Of a stretch of 64,000 nt of DNA, positions 8,600 through 18,179 are shown in pieces. The first letter of the stretch is position 1; each line of letters starts with the position of its first letter. Source of the DNA: an uncultured Gemmatimonadales bacterium (lineage in GTDB: Bacteria > Gemmatimonadota > Gemmatimonadetes > Longimicrobiales > RSA9). The position numbers were made by a program, and so were the translations under genes. Under the pieces are notes generated by a model, which did no database searches, was not told where the DNA came from, and was given only the letters and a program-made list of their open reading frames with translations. The stretch covers positions 192,001-256,000 of the forward strand of contig CAVUKA010000005.1 in NCBI GenBank assembly GCA_963741945.1, written 5' to 3'.

Positions 8600-10519
8600 C
8601 TACTCGTTTCCATAGTCCGTGACCGGGTAATCCACCACGGGGCGGGCCAGATCCTGCCAGTTCACGGGCAGCCCCTGCGCCTGGCGTTCGCGTGGCGTGG
8701 CATAGCGCTCGAACGGGCGGCCGTGGCGCCGGTTGAGGTAGAAGTCGATGGCGTTCATCAGGGGCCCGGACGCGGTGGTCCCGTGCTGCCCGTTGTATAT
8801 GAGCATGGCAGCGACGATCTCCGGCTCCTTCCCCGGGACCGCGCCGGCGGCGACGAACCAGGCATGGTCAGCCCCGTGGGGGTTCTGCGCGGTTCCAGTC
8901 TTCCCGAAGGTGTCCCAGTGGTCCACGCGGCTGAGGTAGGCCGTGCCGCCGGGTGAGAGGACGCGTCGCATTCCCTTCCTGATGTTGCTGATCTCCTCGC
9001 GGCTGATGCCGAACTGATGCAGGAACTGCGTTGGCTCATCCGTCTGGACGAGCCGCGGGACCGGCATGCGGCCGTCGGGGCGGGCGAGGCCGCTGACCAT
9101 CTGGACGATCTTGAGCGGCGTCAGGGTCACGGCGCCCTGGCCGATGGAGAGCGACATCACTTCGGGCGGCTGCGGCTTGTAGCCGAAGCGGTCCTCGAAC
9201 CACTGGGCGTCCTTCGGGAAGATGGGCGCGATCTCGGACGGCAGATCGATCCCGGTCTTCTGCGCGAAGCCGAGCGCGCTCCCGCGCTTCATGAATTCCG
9301 TCAGCCCCAGCGCGATTCCCACCTGATAGAAGTAGACGTCGCAGGAGTTCTTGATGCCGCCGATCAGGTCGAAGCGCTGGCCGTGATTGGTCCAGCAGCG
9401 GGCGTAGCGCCCCTGGTACGTCATTCCGCCCGTGCAGGGGATGGGATCGACCCAGTCGGGGGTGATGGCTCCCGCCTCCAGCGCCATGGCCGCCACTTCC
9501 ATCTTGAACGTGGAGCCCGGCGGCTGCGCGGCGCCGCCGGCGCGGTCGAGCAACGGCTTGGTCGGGTCCTCGCGGAGCGCGTTCCAGATCCGGCTCGGGA
9601 TTCCGCCCGTGAACAGGTTGGGGTCGTAGGAAGGATTGCTGTAGTAGGCCAGCACTCCGCCCGTCCGCGGGTCCATGGCCACGAATGCGCCCTGCGCTTT
9701 CTCCATCCCGAGCTCGCGGGCCGTCTCCTGCAGCAGGAACGCACCGTACCGCTGGAGATCCAGGTCCAGGTACAGGTGCAGGTCCTGCCCGGGGATCGGC
9801 GGCACGCCCGCGCTTTCCGGGAGCATTCGCTTGATCCGGCCGCGGGCATCCACCTCCATGTACCGCAGTCCCGGATCCCCGCCCAGCGCGCGCTCATATT
9901 CCCGCTCCAGGCCCGCCTTCCCGATCCAGCGCCCCTGCCGATAGTCGGCGAACTCCGGCCGCTTCAGCTCCCCCTCGCTGATCTCCGCCACGTAGCCGAT
10001 CAGGTGCGCCACCGCGGGGCCGGCCGGATAGTAGCGCTTCGGGTACTCGTGGAGGAACACGTCCGGGTAGTCCGTCCGGCGCTCCTCCAGCCGGGCCACC
10101 TGGTCGGGGTTGGCATCGGAGAGCACCACGAACGGGCGGTTCGGGGAAGCGCTGAATCGCTTGAACGCGGCCTCGACGTCGTCATCCGTGAGATCCAGCA
10201 GCGGTCGCAGCCGCTCGACCTGCGCCCGAAGCGAATCCATGGGCGCGGGCATGATCTGGACCTGGTACGCCACCCGGTTCTCGGCCACCACGCGACCGTG
10301 GCGGTCGTAGATCGTCCCGCGCGGCGCCCGAATGGTGATGGGGCGGAGCATGTTCGAGCGCGCCTGCGTCTTGAACTCCTCGGCGCGGAGCAGCTGCAGG
10401 CGGACGAGCGAATAGATGAGCCCGAGGATGATGATGCTGATGCCCACCCGGGCCCAGACGGCGCGCCGCTCGCGGGCCCAGCGCGGCGTCTGGTGATGTC
10501 CGAGACTCCTGTACGGCAT
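8600..10519 (-). CDS. mrdA: Penicillin-binding protein 2 (class B transpeptidase)
   Basis: N-terminal TM, APRGTIYDR, GKAGLEREY, PGSTFK (SxxK), SCDVYFY, GKTGTAQ. Confidence 0.9.
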   Translation of the reverse strand: MPYRSLGHHQTPRWARERRAVWARVGISIIILGLIYSLVRLQLLRAEEFKTQARSNMLRPITIRAPRGTIYDRHGRVVAENRVAYQVQIMPAPMDSLRAQVERLRPLLDLTDDDVEAAFKRFSASPNRPFVVLSDANPDQVARLEERRTDYPDVFLHEYPKRYYPAGPAVAHLIGYVAEISEGELKRPEFADYRQGRWIGKAGLEREYERALGGDPGLRYMEVDARGRIKRMLPESAGVPPIPGQDLHLYLDLDLQRYGAFLLQETARELGMEKAQGAFVAMDPRTGGVLAYYSNPSYDPNLFTGGIPSRIWNALREDPTKPLLDRAGGAAQPPGSTFKMEVAAMALEAGAITPDWVDPIPCTGGMTYQGRYARCWTNHGQRFDLIGGIKNSCDVYFYQVGIALGLTEFMKRGSALGFAQKTGIDLPSEIAPIFPKDAQWFEDRFGYKPQPPEVMSLSIGQGAVTLTPLKIVQMVSGLARPDGRMPVPRLVQTDEPTQFLHQFGISREEISNIRKGMRRVLSPGGTAYLSRVDHWDTFGKTGTAQNPHGADHAWFVAAGAVPGKEPEIVAAMLIYNGQHGTTASGPLMNAIDFYLNRRHGRPFERYATPRERQAQGLPVNWQDLARPVVDYPVTDYGNE

Positions 10520-10573
10520 TTCCGCTCCTGTCTTCCACTCCCCGCCTGACGCCCTGATACGCGGGAACCCGAG

Positions 10574-10588
10574 GCAAGTGCCAAGCCA
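10574..10588 (-). promoter_or_regulatory. Candidate sigma54 -24/-12 promoter for mrdA
   Basis: Minus strand TGGCTTGGCACTTGC (GG-N10-GC with TTGC), about 55 nt before the ATG. Confidence 0.45.
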
Positions 10589-10603
10589 GCGCGCCCCCTC
10601 CGC

Positions 10604-11725
10604 TCAGTCGTCGAACAGGTGCGCACCGTCCCGCAGCTCGGCCCGATCCCCCACAGCCACTGCGTAGCGGGTCGGCCAGAGCGAGGCCGCGCCGAGCTCC
10701 CCGTTCCTGTTCAGGACGTAGTAGCTGACGTTGAACGCGGGACGACCGTCCGGCCGCTGGAGCCGGGGCTGCGCCTCCGTCCATCGGACGATTCGATGCA
10801 GCGCCTCCACGGCCGCGTCCACCGGCTTTCGCCCCTGCCGCAGCTGCTCCACCACGGTGTGGCTGCCCACCGTCTTGATCACGGCCTCGCCCCGGCCCGT
10901 GGAGCCCGCGGCGCCCACGTCGTTGTCCACGTACAGGCCCGCCCCGATGATCGGCGAGTCGCCCACCCGCCCCGGGATCTTCCACGCCATGCCGCTGGTT
11001 GTTGTCACGCCCGACAGGTTCCCGTTCCGGTCCACGGCCAGGCAGTTGATGGTGCCGTGAGGGCGGACGCCGTCATGGGAGTCCCGCATCCCGGCGCCCG
11101 TCGTGTCATGGCCGGTGTACGGGCGCGTGAGCTGGCGGAGGAAATCGGAGTCGCCCAGACCGCTGGCTTCGGGGGCGATCCAGTCGTCCTGCCCGGAGCG
11201 CGTCGTCAGCCACTCCAGCCAGCGCTGACGCGACGCCGGGGTGAGCAGCGAGTCCAGCACCTCGAAGCCCATCCTGCGCGCGAAATCCGTGGCGCCCTGC
11301 CCCACCAGCATGACGTGGTCCGTGTGCCGCATCACGGCCACGGCCACGCGCGACGGCGTCTTCACGCCCTCGATGGCCGCGACGGCGCCGGCGCTCCGCG
11401 AAGGCCCGTGCATCACGCACGCATCGAGCTGCACGACGCCTTCTTCGTTGGGCAGACCGCCATAGCCCACGCTCATGTCCTCCGGATCCTGCTCCACCAG
11501 GTTGACCGCTTCCACCACGGCTTGGAGGGTGTCCCCGCCGGCAGTGATCCTGTCCAGGGCATGGGGGATGGCGCTCAACCCGTTCGCGCTCGAGATGACC
11601 GCCGGCTCGGTGCCGCCCCGCAGGATGGCGGGGGCTTCGTGCGGGTGGCTTTCGGGAAGGCGGCCGAGGGCGGCGGCCCCGAGACCGGCGCCCGCGGTAC
11701 GGACGAACTCGCGTCGAGAAGGCAT
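10604..11725 (-). CDS. N(4)-(beta-N-acetylglucosaminyl)-L-asparaginase (Ntn hydrolase), Tat-exported
   Basis: SRREFV Tat signal, SVGYGGLPN, HGTINCL nucleophile Thr, GRVGDSPIIGAG, STGRGE. Confidence 0.9.
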   Translation of the reverse strand: MPSRREFVRTAGAGLGAAALGRLPESHPHEAPAILRGGTEPAVISSANGLSAIPHALDRITAGGDTLQAVVEAVNLVEQDPEDMSVGYGGLPNEEGVVQLDACVMHGPSRSAGAVAAIEGVKTPSRVAVAVMRHTDHVMLVGQGATDFARRMGFEVLDSLLTPASRQRWLEWLTTRSGQDDWIAPEASGLGDSDFLRQLTRPYTGHDTTGAGMRDSHDGVRPHGTINCLAVDRNGNLSGVTTTSGMAWKIPGRVGDSPIIGAGLYVDNDVGAAGSTGRGEAVIKTVGSHTVVEQLRQGRKPVDAAVEALHRIVRWTEAQPRLQRPDGRPAFNVSYYVLNRNGELGAASLWPTRYAVAVGDRAELRDGAHLFDD

Positions 11726-11792
11726 GGCGGCTCCCTCCCGGGACTCTCGCCCGGGAACACGGCGGCGGGGCTTCGCGCCGAGCGTGGGGAAT

Positions 11793-12830
11793 CTACACCA
11801 TGGCCGCAAGAGGGGGCATGAGCGCCCGTGTCGCCGCCGGAACGAGGGAAGGATCGAACTGCCGGCCCTTCTCGCGACGCAGCTCCGCGATCGCTTCATC
11901 GACCGAGAGGGCGCGACGGTACGGCCGGGACGAGGTCATGGCATCGAACGTATCGGCGATGGCCACGATCCGGGCCCCGAAGGGGATGTCGTCACCGGCC
12001 AGGCCATCGGGGTAACCCGCGCCATCCCAGCGCTCGTGGTGGTGCCGCACCACTCCGAGGGCCACCTCGTCGTCCAGCAGGCCGGAGAGGATCTCCACGC
12101 CGATGGTGGGATGGTCGTGGACGTGCCCCGCTTCCGCGCCATTCAGCGGGCCGGCCTTGCGCAGGATCTCGCCCCGGATCCCGATCTTCCCGATGTCGTG
12201 CAGCTGCGCGCCCACGCGCAGCGACTCCGCGTCGATCCCGCCCACCTCCGCCTGGATCATCAGGGCGTACTCCGTCACACGATCGGAATGCCCACGCGTG
12301 TGCGCGTCCTTGGCCTCGAGCGCCCGCACCAGGGAATGGACGCTGGACAGGTAGAGTCGCTCGATGCGGTGGGTCTGGATCCGCACCTGTTCCTCGAGGT
12401 GGTCGCGGTAGCGCCGGTTCTCCACCAGCAGCTTCCGGTGCGCCACGGCCCGGCGCGTGGCGTGCAGCAGCCCGGCCGACTCGAACGGCTTGGTCAGGAA
12501 GTCGTCCGCGTCCAGCCGCAGCGCCTCCACCGCCGTTTCCACGGCCGTGTTCCCGGTCATGATGATGACCTGCACCATGGGATCCAGGGCCTTGATGCTC
12601 CCGGTCAGGTCCAGTCCCGAGCCGCCGGGCATGTGCACGTCCGTGAGCACGAGCGCGAACCGCCCGGGCTCGAAGAGCGAGAGCGCCTCCTCGCCGGAAT
12701 TCGCCGACGTGCACGCGATCCCCTCCCCCTCGAGCCAGCGCACCACCGTGCGCACGACTGCCGGCTGGTCATCCACGACCAGCGCCCGGACCACCCCGTA
12801 CGAGAAGTCGAGCACGCCGCCGTTCCCCAT
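11793..12830 (-). CDS. Response regulator with HD-GYP cyclic dinucleotide phosphodiesterase domain (RpfG-like)
   Basis: REC (VVDD, LTDVHMP, TKP); LHDIGK, HHHERWDGAGYP, ADTFDAMTSSRPYR. Confidence 0.92.
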   Translation of the reverse strand: MGNGGVLDFSYGVVRALVVDDQPAVVRTVVRWLEGEGIACTSANSGEEALSLFEPGRFALVLTDVHMPGGSGLDLTGSIKALDPMVQVIIMTGNTAVETAVEALRLDADDFLTKPFESAGLLHATRRAVAHRKLLVENRRYRDHLEEQVRIQTHRIERLYLSSVHSLVRALEAKDAHTRGHSDRVTEYALMIQAEVGGIDAESLRVGAQLHDIGKIGIRGEILRKAGPLNGAEAGHVHDHPTIGVEILSGLLDDEVALGVVRHHHERWDGAGYPDGLAGDDIPFGARIVAIADTFDAMTSSRPYRRALSVDEAIAELRREKGRQFDPSLVPAATRALMPPLAAMV

Positions 12831-12926
12831 GATCGTTCTCCCCTGTGACGGACTGGATTCGACCATAGTGTCGGCAGCGGATGCGGCACCTTTAGCCCCG
12901 AGTCTCACCCCTGCTCCAGCGCCATG

Positions 12927-12960
12927 AAACACAAAAGCGCCGACACCTGAGTGCCGGCGC
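12927..12960 (-). terminator. Intrinsic terminator
   Basis: Minus strand GCGCCGGCAC-TCAG-GTGTCGGCGC-TTTTGTGTTT. Confidence 0.75.
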
Positions 12961-12985
12961 CCCGGTTCCGCTGGACCGCTTCCGA

Positions 12986-13261
12986 TCAGGCCGCGCTCGT
13001 CTCCGTCTCGGTCCACTCGGAGGCCGCCGTATGCGACTTCCCGTGGCGGATGACCGGCTTGCAGTAGCGCATGCCCAGCTCCTCCAGCTGCTTCAACTCC
13101 GTGTTGTTCAGCTGGGGATAGCGCTCCTCGAGGAACTTCATCGTGTCGTCCATCCACTCTTGCTGCTGATCATCGCTGGCTTCGAGGACGCCACAGCGAT
13201 TGATATGACTGAAGAGCTCGTCGCGAGCCCGGTCCAGAACCGTACGTTCGTGCTTCGCCAA
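12986..13261 (-). CDS. Small acidic helical hypothetical protein (~91 aa)
   Basis: GGAGG 5 nt before TTG at 13261, own terminator, protein-like composition (MAKHERTVLDRARDELFSHI...). Confidence 0.75.
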   Translation of the reverse strand: MAKHERTVLDRARDELFSHINRCGVLEASDDQQQEWMDDTMKFLEERYPQLNNTELKQLEELGMRYCKPVIRHGKSHTAASEWTETETSAA

Positions 13262-13365
13262 ATGAACCTCCGTATCTTCTATTCGAAAGCCGAAATCTAT
13301 CGCCCGATCAGCGTACACTGGACGGGAAGATTGGTGCCAGACCCGGAATGTAGGGGGGGCTCCGG

Positions 13366-14988
13366 ATGATGGAAACCCCGGATTCGATGAACGACCCGAT
13401 CCGCCTCGAGATCTACCGCCACCTCCTGACCGCGCTGGCGGAAGAGATGGGCGCGACGCTGCGGAGATCGGCCTATTCCCCCAACATCAAGGAGCGCCGG
13501 GATTATTCCTGCGCCCTCTTCGACGCGGGCGCCCGGGCGGTGGCGCTCGGCGACCACATGCCCGTCCACCTCGGCGCAATGCCCATGAGTGTCGCGGCGG
13601 CGATCGCCGAGCTGGGGACGCTGGCGCCCGGCGACGTGGTGGCGCTCAACGACCCGTTCCGCGGCGGCACCCACCTCCCTGACATCACCCTGATCGCGCC
13701 GGTGTACCTGCCCGATTCACTCGCCGCCGAGCCCGGCACCGGACCGGCGCCGCTGGCGTATGTGGCGTCGCGCGCGCATCACGCGGACGTGGGCGGAATG
13801 GCGGCCGGATCCATGCCCCTGGCGCGGGAGATCTACCAGGAGGGGCTGCGGATCCCGCCCGTTCACCTGGTCCGCGGCGGGACCCGGCAAGGGGATGCGT
13901 GGCGGCTGATCCTGGCGAACGTCCGCACGCCCGCGGAGCGCGAAGGGGACCTGGATGCGCAGCTGGCCGCGCTGGTGGCGGGGGAGCGTCGCCTGCTCGA
14001 ACTGGTCGAGCGCCGGAGCGCCGGAGAGGTGAGCGCGGCAATGGCCGGCCTCCTGGTCTATGCCGACCGGCTGGTCCGTGCCGGGATCTCGCGTATCCCG
14101 GACGGTGAGTACGTGGCGGAGGATGCCATGGAGGATGACGGCGTCGACCACGCGTCTCTCCCGATTCGCGCGCGCGTGACCGTCTCCGGCGACGAGATCC
14201 GTGTCGACTTCACCGGGACCGCACCGCAGGCGCGGGGCGGGATCAATGCCGTCGAAGCGATCACGGCCTCGGCCACCCGCTACGCCGTGCGGGTGGTGGT
14301 GGAGCGTCTGCTGGAGCAGCCGCTCCCTGCCGGTGGCGGCGCGATGGAAGCGGTGCGCATCATGATGCCCCCGGGGAGCCTGGTGGCGGCGCGCCCCCCC
14401 GCCAGTGTGGCCGGGGGCAACGTGGAGACGTCACAGCGCATCACGGACGTGCTGCTCATGGCGCTGTCGGAGGCCGTGCCCGGGATCGGCGTGGCGCAGT
14501 CGCAGGGCACGATGAACAACCTGGCGGTGGGCGGCGAGGATCCGCGCACGGGCGAGCCGTTCGCCTATTACGAGACCATGGGCGGCGGGATGGCCGGGGG
14601 CGCGGATGGACCCGGGCTCTCCGGCGTGCACGTGCACATGAGCAACTCGCTGAACACGCCCGTGGAGGCGCTGGAGCACGCCTACCCGTTCCGCATCCGG
14701 CAGTACGCCATCCGCCGCGGCACCGGCGGCGCCGGACGGCATCCGGGCGGGGAAGGACTGAGGCGCGACCTCCAGCTGCTCGCCGAGTGCGACGTGAGCC
14801 TCCTCACGGAACGGCGGAGATCGGCGCCGCGGGGCGCCGCGGGTGGCGGCGACGGCGAGACAGGACGCAACGTTCTGATCCGCGACGGTGAGGAGAGCGA
14901 TCTCCCGGCCAAGGCCACCTTCCGCACGCGCGCGGGCGACACGATCAGCCTGCGCAGCCCTGGTGGCGGCGGCTGGGGCGCCGTGTAG
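13366..14988 (+). CDS. Hydantoinase B / 5-oxoprolinase subunit family protein
   Basis: SPNIKERRDYSCALFD, MPVHLG, NDPFRGGTHLPD, HHADVGG, GTMNN, YYETMGGG, PGGGGWG. Confidence 0.92.
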   Translation: MMETPDSMNDPIRLEIYRHLLTALAEEMGATLRRSAYSPNIKERRDYSCALFDAGARAVALGDHMPVHLGAMPMSVAAAIAELGTLAPGDVVALNDPFRGGTHLPDITLIAPVYLPDSLAAEPGTGPAPLAYVASRAHHADVGGMAAGSMPLAREIYQEGLRIPPVHLVRGGTRQGDAWRLILANVRTPAEREGDLDAQLAALVAGERRLLELVERRSAGEVSAAMAGLLVYADRLVRAGISRIPDGEYVAEDAMEDDGVDHASLPIRARVTVSGDEIRVDFTGTAPQARGGINAVEAITASATRYAVRVVVERLLEQPLPAGGGAMEAVRIMMPPGSLVAARPPASVAGGNVETSQRITDVLLMALSEAVPGIGVAQSQGTMNNLAVGGEDPRTGEPFAYYETMGGGMAGGADGPGLSGVHVHMSNSLNTPVEALEHAYPFRIRQYAIRRGTGGAGRHPGGEGLRRDLQLLAECDVSLLTERRRSAPRGAAGGGDGETGRNVLIRDGEESDLPAKATFRTRAGDTISLRSPGGGGWGAV

Positions 14989-15067
14989 AAGACGCCCAGC
15001 GCCTCAGCCGCGCGCGGGGGTGAGCGCCGCCCACGGCGCCCACGGCCGTCCGGGCGAGACGGCCATC

Positions 15068-15940
15068 TCAGCCGCTGCCGCCGGACAGGATGTCCTCGAA
15101 AGCGTCCGTCACCCTGGGGTCGTCGAACTGAGCGAGCCAGAAGAGCGCCTTGGCGCGCACCAGCGGGTCGGGCGCGGAGCGGCCGAGCTGGAGAAGCCGT
15201 GGAATGGCCTCGTCCTCCGGCAGCCGCGAGAGGGCGAAGACCGCGGCGGCGCGCACCTCGTCGCCCTCGTCGGGATCCCGTGCGATGGCCCCGAGCTCAT
15301 CGGTGATGCGGGCTCCCGCCTGGCGCCCGAGCCAGAACATGGCATCGCGCCGGATGGCGCTGTCCAGTTCCCGGTTCCGGGCCAGGCGCAGCAGCCCGGG
15401 CCACGTCGTGGCCCGGGCCGCGAGGGAGGCCGCGAGGAGCATGCGGCCTGCGGCCCGCGGCCCGGCCTCGGCTGCGAGACCAAGGAGAAGGTCGGCCGCC
15501 GCCGGGCCGGAAACGCGGCCCAGCTCCACCGCCATTCCGGCGACGGGGTCGTCGACCCCCGCCCCCGGACGGCCCACGCGCACCCGAACGTCCCGGAAGC
15601 GGCCGTCGTCGCGCTCGGCGGTGACGACGACATCGCCGGTGTCACACGGCGGTTCGCCGACTCGCCAGCCATGATCGCGGCCGTGCCGGTCGTTGATCAG
15701 CGAAACCTGGCCGTCGGGCTCCCGGATCATGATGGCGCTGCCTGCGCCGCACACCCCTGGTTTCGCGGGGAAGGAGAAACGGACCAGGGGCGCGCGGGTG
15801 CGCTCCAGCTGCTGCCGCAGCGCCTGGCCCTGGGCGGGCCCGGCGAGGAGCGCGCCCAGCGCGAGGACGGCGACGAAGGCGGGAGCGACGCCCGCCGCGC
15901 GGCCGGCCCTGCGGGCGGCGGCGAGTGGCGCCACGGTCAC
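15068..15940 (-). CDS. Exported HEAT-repeat protein
   Basis: Signal peptide (AQG-QA) and repeated AxFWLG/AVFALS HEAT units. Confidence 0.82.
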   Translation of the reverse strand: MTVAPLAAARRAGRAAGVAPAFVAVLALGALLAGPAQGQALRQQLERTRAPLVRFSFPAKPGVCGAGSAIMIREPDGQVSLINDRHGRDHGWRVGEPPCDTGDVVVTAERDDGRFRDVRVRVGRPGAGVDDPVAGMAVELGRVSGPAAADLLLGLAAEAGPRAAGRMLLAASLAARATTWPGLLRLARNRELDSAIRRDAMFWLGRQAGARITDELGAIARDPDEGDEVRAAAVFALSRLPEDEAIPRLLQLGRSAPDPLVRAKALFWLAQFDDPRVTDAFEDILSGGSG

Positions 15941-17478
15941 TGGCCGGCTCCCGTCCCGCCCAGGATGTCCATGAGCACGTCGGCTGCGCGCGGGTCGTTG
16001 GAGTTGCCGAGCCAGAAGAGCGCCTTCTTGCGCAGCTCGGGGTCCTTCTCGGTGCGGGCGATCTGGATCAGCCGATCGATGGCGCTGGGCTGATCGCTCT
16101 GGGAAAGCGCGAAGAGCACGTGCTCCTTCAGCGCCCGCTTCTCCAGCCGGCCATAGAGAGTGCCCAGGGCTTCGGCGGACGCGCCCGCGTCCGCGGCCCA
16201 GAAGATGGCCTTGCTGCGGAGCTCCGTGTCCAGCCCCTTGTCGCTGCCCAGGCCCAGGAGCCAGGCCCCGTCCGGGTGATCGGCCTGGGCCACGCCCATG
16301 AGCACCCGCTCCTTCAGATCCCGGGACGGGAGCTTCGAGAAGATCCCCTTAAGGAACTGGATGTCGTCCGCGCTCCCCTCATTGCCGAGCCAGAAAATGG
16401 CCTTCGAGCGCAGCGCCTCGGGCATCGATGCGTCCTCCGCCAGCGAGCGCAGCACCTGGCGGGCCCGCGGGCTGGAGTGCTGCGACAGGGCGAACACGGC
16501 GCGCTCGCGCGTCTCCAGGTCGCCGGTGCCATGGACGAACGAGGAGAGCGCGTCCACGGCCCGCGGATCGTCCACCTCCGAAAGCCAGAACACCGCCTGC
16601 CGACGCACGCCCACGTCCGGATCGTTCTTCGCCACGTCCAGGAGCATGTCGACGCTCTGCGGCGTCTGCTGCTCCGCGATCAGCAGCACCGCCCGACGCC
16701 GCAGCGGGGGCGAGCACTCGTCGCGCCGGGCCATGATCTTCCGGAGCACGGGTGTGGCGCGGTCCGCGTTCATGTGCAGGAGGGCGTTCAGGGCGGAAAG
16801 CTGGACTTCCACCTGTTCGCGGCACTGCTCCGGGATGTCGTAGCGCGAGTCCGCGTGCAGCCCGCTCATTGCCGACGCCACCTGCGCGGCCACGCCACTC
16901 ATGGCACCGCCGATCTCTTCGGCCAGCGCCTGGCTGTGCTCCGCCATACGCTCGCCCAGCTGCTCCATCCTCGCCTGGAACTCCGGGTCGTTCACGACAC
17001 CCGCGATCCGGTTGGCCGTGGCCACCACCGTGGCGGCGGACTGCTCATCGCCGCGGCGGGCGAGAATGCCGAGGATGCGCGTCTCCAGCGCCGGGGCATC
17101 ACCGTTGGTGCGCGTCTGCGCGTTCGGGAACCGCTCGCGCTGCGTTGCGAGCGCCGCCAGCGCGTTCTCCAGCGCGTCGGTCTCGCTGGTCCGGTATCGG
17201 TTGAACGCCTCCCAGTACGGCGCGTCGGGGGCGTAGGCCGAGCGGGGGAACTCGCTCCAGATCCGGTGGAAGAGTCCAGCCGCGCGGTTCGGCTCGCCCC
17301 GATTCATCGCCTCCCGCGCCACGCGGTAGAGGGAGTCTGCCGGGTCCTGCTGGCTCCACGCTTCCGGCGCTACTGTGGCCGCTGCGCCGCCTCGGGCCGA
17401 TTCCACCCACGCCTGGTCCGCGCGCAGCGCCGTGGGCACGAGCGCGAGGGCGAGAACAGTGATCCAGATGCGATTCAT
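15937..17478 (-). CDS. Exported HEAT-repeat protein with an N-terminal TPR-like region
   Basis: AAGGAG RBS, signal peptide (ALRA-DQ), about 8 repeats such as VRRQAVFWLS, LRSKAIFWLG, LRKKALFWLG. Confidence 0.85.
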   Translation of the reverse strand: MNRIWITVLALALVPTALRADQAWVESARGGAAATVAPEAWSQQDPADSLYRVAREAMNRGEPNRAAGLFHRIWSEFPRSAYAPDAPYWEAFNRYRTSETDALENALAALATQRERFPNAQTRTNGDAPALETRILGILARRGDEQSAATVVATANRIAGVVNDPEFQARMEQLGERMAEHSQALAEEIGGAMSGVAAQVASAMSGLHADSRYDIPEQCREQVEVQLSALNALLHMNADRATPVLRKIMARRDECSPPLRRRAVLLIAEQQTPQSVDMLLDVAKNDPDVGVRRQAVFWLSEVDDPRAVDALSSFVHGTGDLETRERAVFALSQHSSPRARQVLRSLAEDASMPEALRSKAIFWLGNEGSADDIQFLKGIFSKLPSRDLKERVLMGVAQADHPDGAWLLGLGSDKGLDTELRSKAIFWAADAGASAEALGTLYGRLEKRALKEHVLFALSQSDQPSAIDRLIQIARTEKDPELRKKALFWLGNSNDPRAADVLMDILGGTGAGQ

Positions 17479-17504
17479 CGTAGAACTCCTTTGTATTCCG
17501 GCCA

Positions 17505-18179
17505 TCACAGCGTCATGTCCGTCTTCAGCGATCTCGCCGAGCGCAGCTTCGCGAGCAGCTGCGTGTCATCCATGCCGTCCTCGATCAGCCTCTGCTCCTC
17601 GCCGCCCGCGGAGCCGGCGTCCGCGATCTGCACCAGCACGAGCTCGAGATCCGAGAGCAGCGCCGCCATGCGCGGATCCTCCCCCGCGCGGGAGTCCAGG
17701 AGCAGACGGGTCGTGCTCAGGAGGTCGCGCGCCCACGCGGCCGTGGCCTCCCGGTCCCGGTCGTCGTGGGCCGCACCGTAGACGGTGAGGAGCGCTTCGG
17801 CTTCGTCCATGTGCTCCGCGGTAGCCAGGCGTACGGGCAGCGACGGCCGGGCGTCCGCGGCGCTCGCCCGCGATGCCCCGGCGCTGGCGACAGCGCCGCC
17901 CGCGGATGGAAGCGCCGATCGGGAGATTCGACCCAGTCCGAAAGCGACGGCCATCATGGCCGCCGCGGCCAGCCCGAGCCCCCACGGCGTCCACCGGCGC
18001 AGGGTGCCGCGCCGCGCCGCCCGGCGGGCGCCGAGATCGATCGCGTCCCGGTCACCCGGGTCCGATGCAATCCGCCGCCGGATCTCCGACCACATCTCCT
18101 CGCGTGGCGTGGGAGGCGGCTGGTTATAGTCGCGGGCGGCATCCAGCAGCCGCTCCAGGTTCCGATCCGGCTCACTCAT
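17505..18179 (-). CDS. Putative single-TM anti-sigma factor
   Basis: Overlaps the ECF sigma stop (ATGA); short cytoplasmic N-terminus (YNQPPPTPREEMW), then a TM and a helical C-domain. Confidence 0.7.
   Translation of the reverse strand: MSEPDRNLERLLDAARDYNQPPPTPREEMWSEIRRRIASDPGDRDAIDLGARRAARRGTLRRWTPWGLGLAAAAMMAVAFGLGRISRSALPSAGGAVASAGASRASAADARPSLPVRLATAEHMDEAEALLTVYGAAHDDRDREATAAWARDLLSTTRLLLDSRAGEDPRMAALLSDLELVLVQIADAGSAGGEEQRLIEDGMDDTQLLAKLRSARSLKTDMTL

Noticed and set aside
15020-15050. Short GCCCACGG duplication between convergent genes
   Set aside because: Only two short GC-rich copies, which is expected by chance at this composition.
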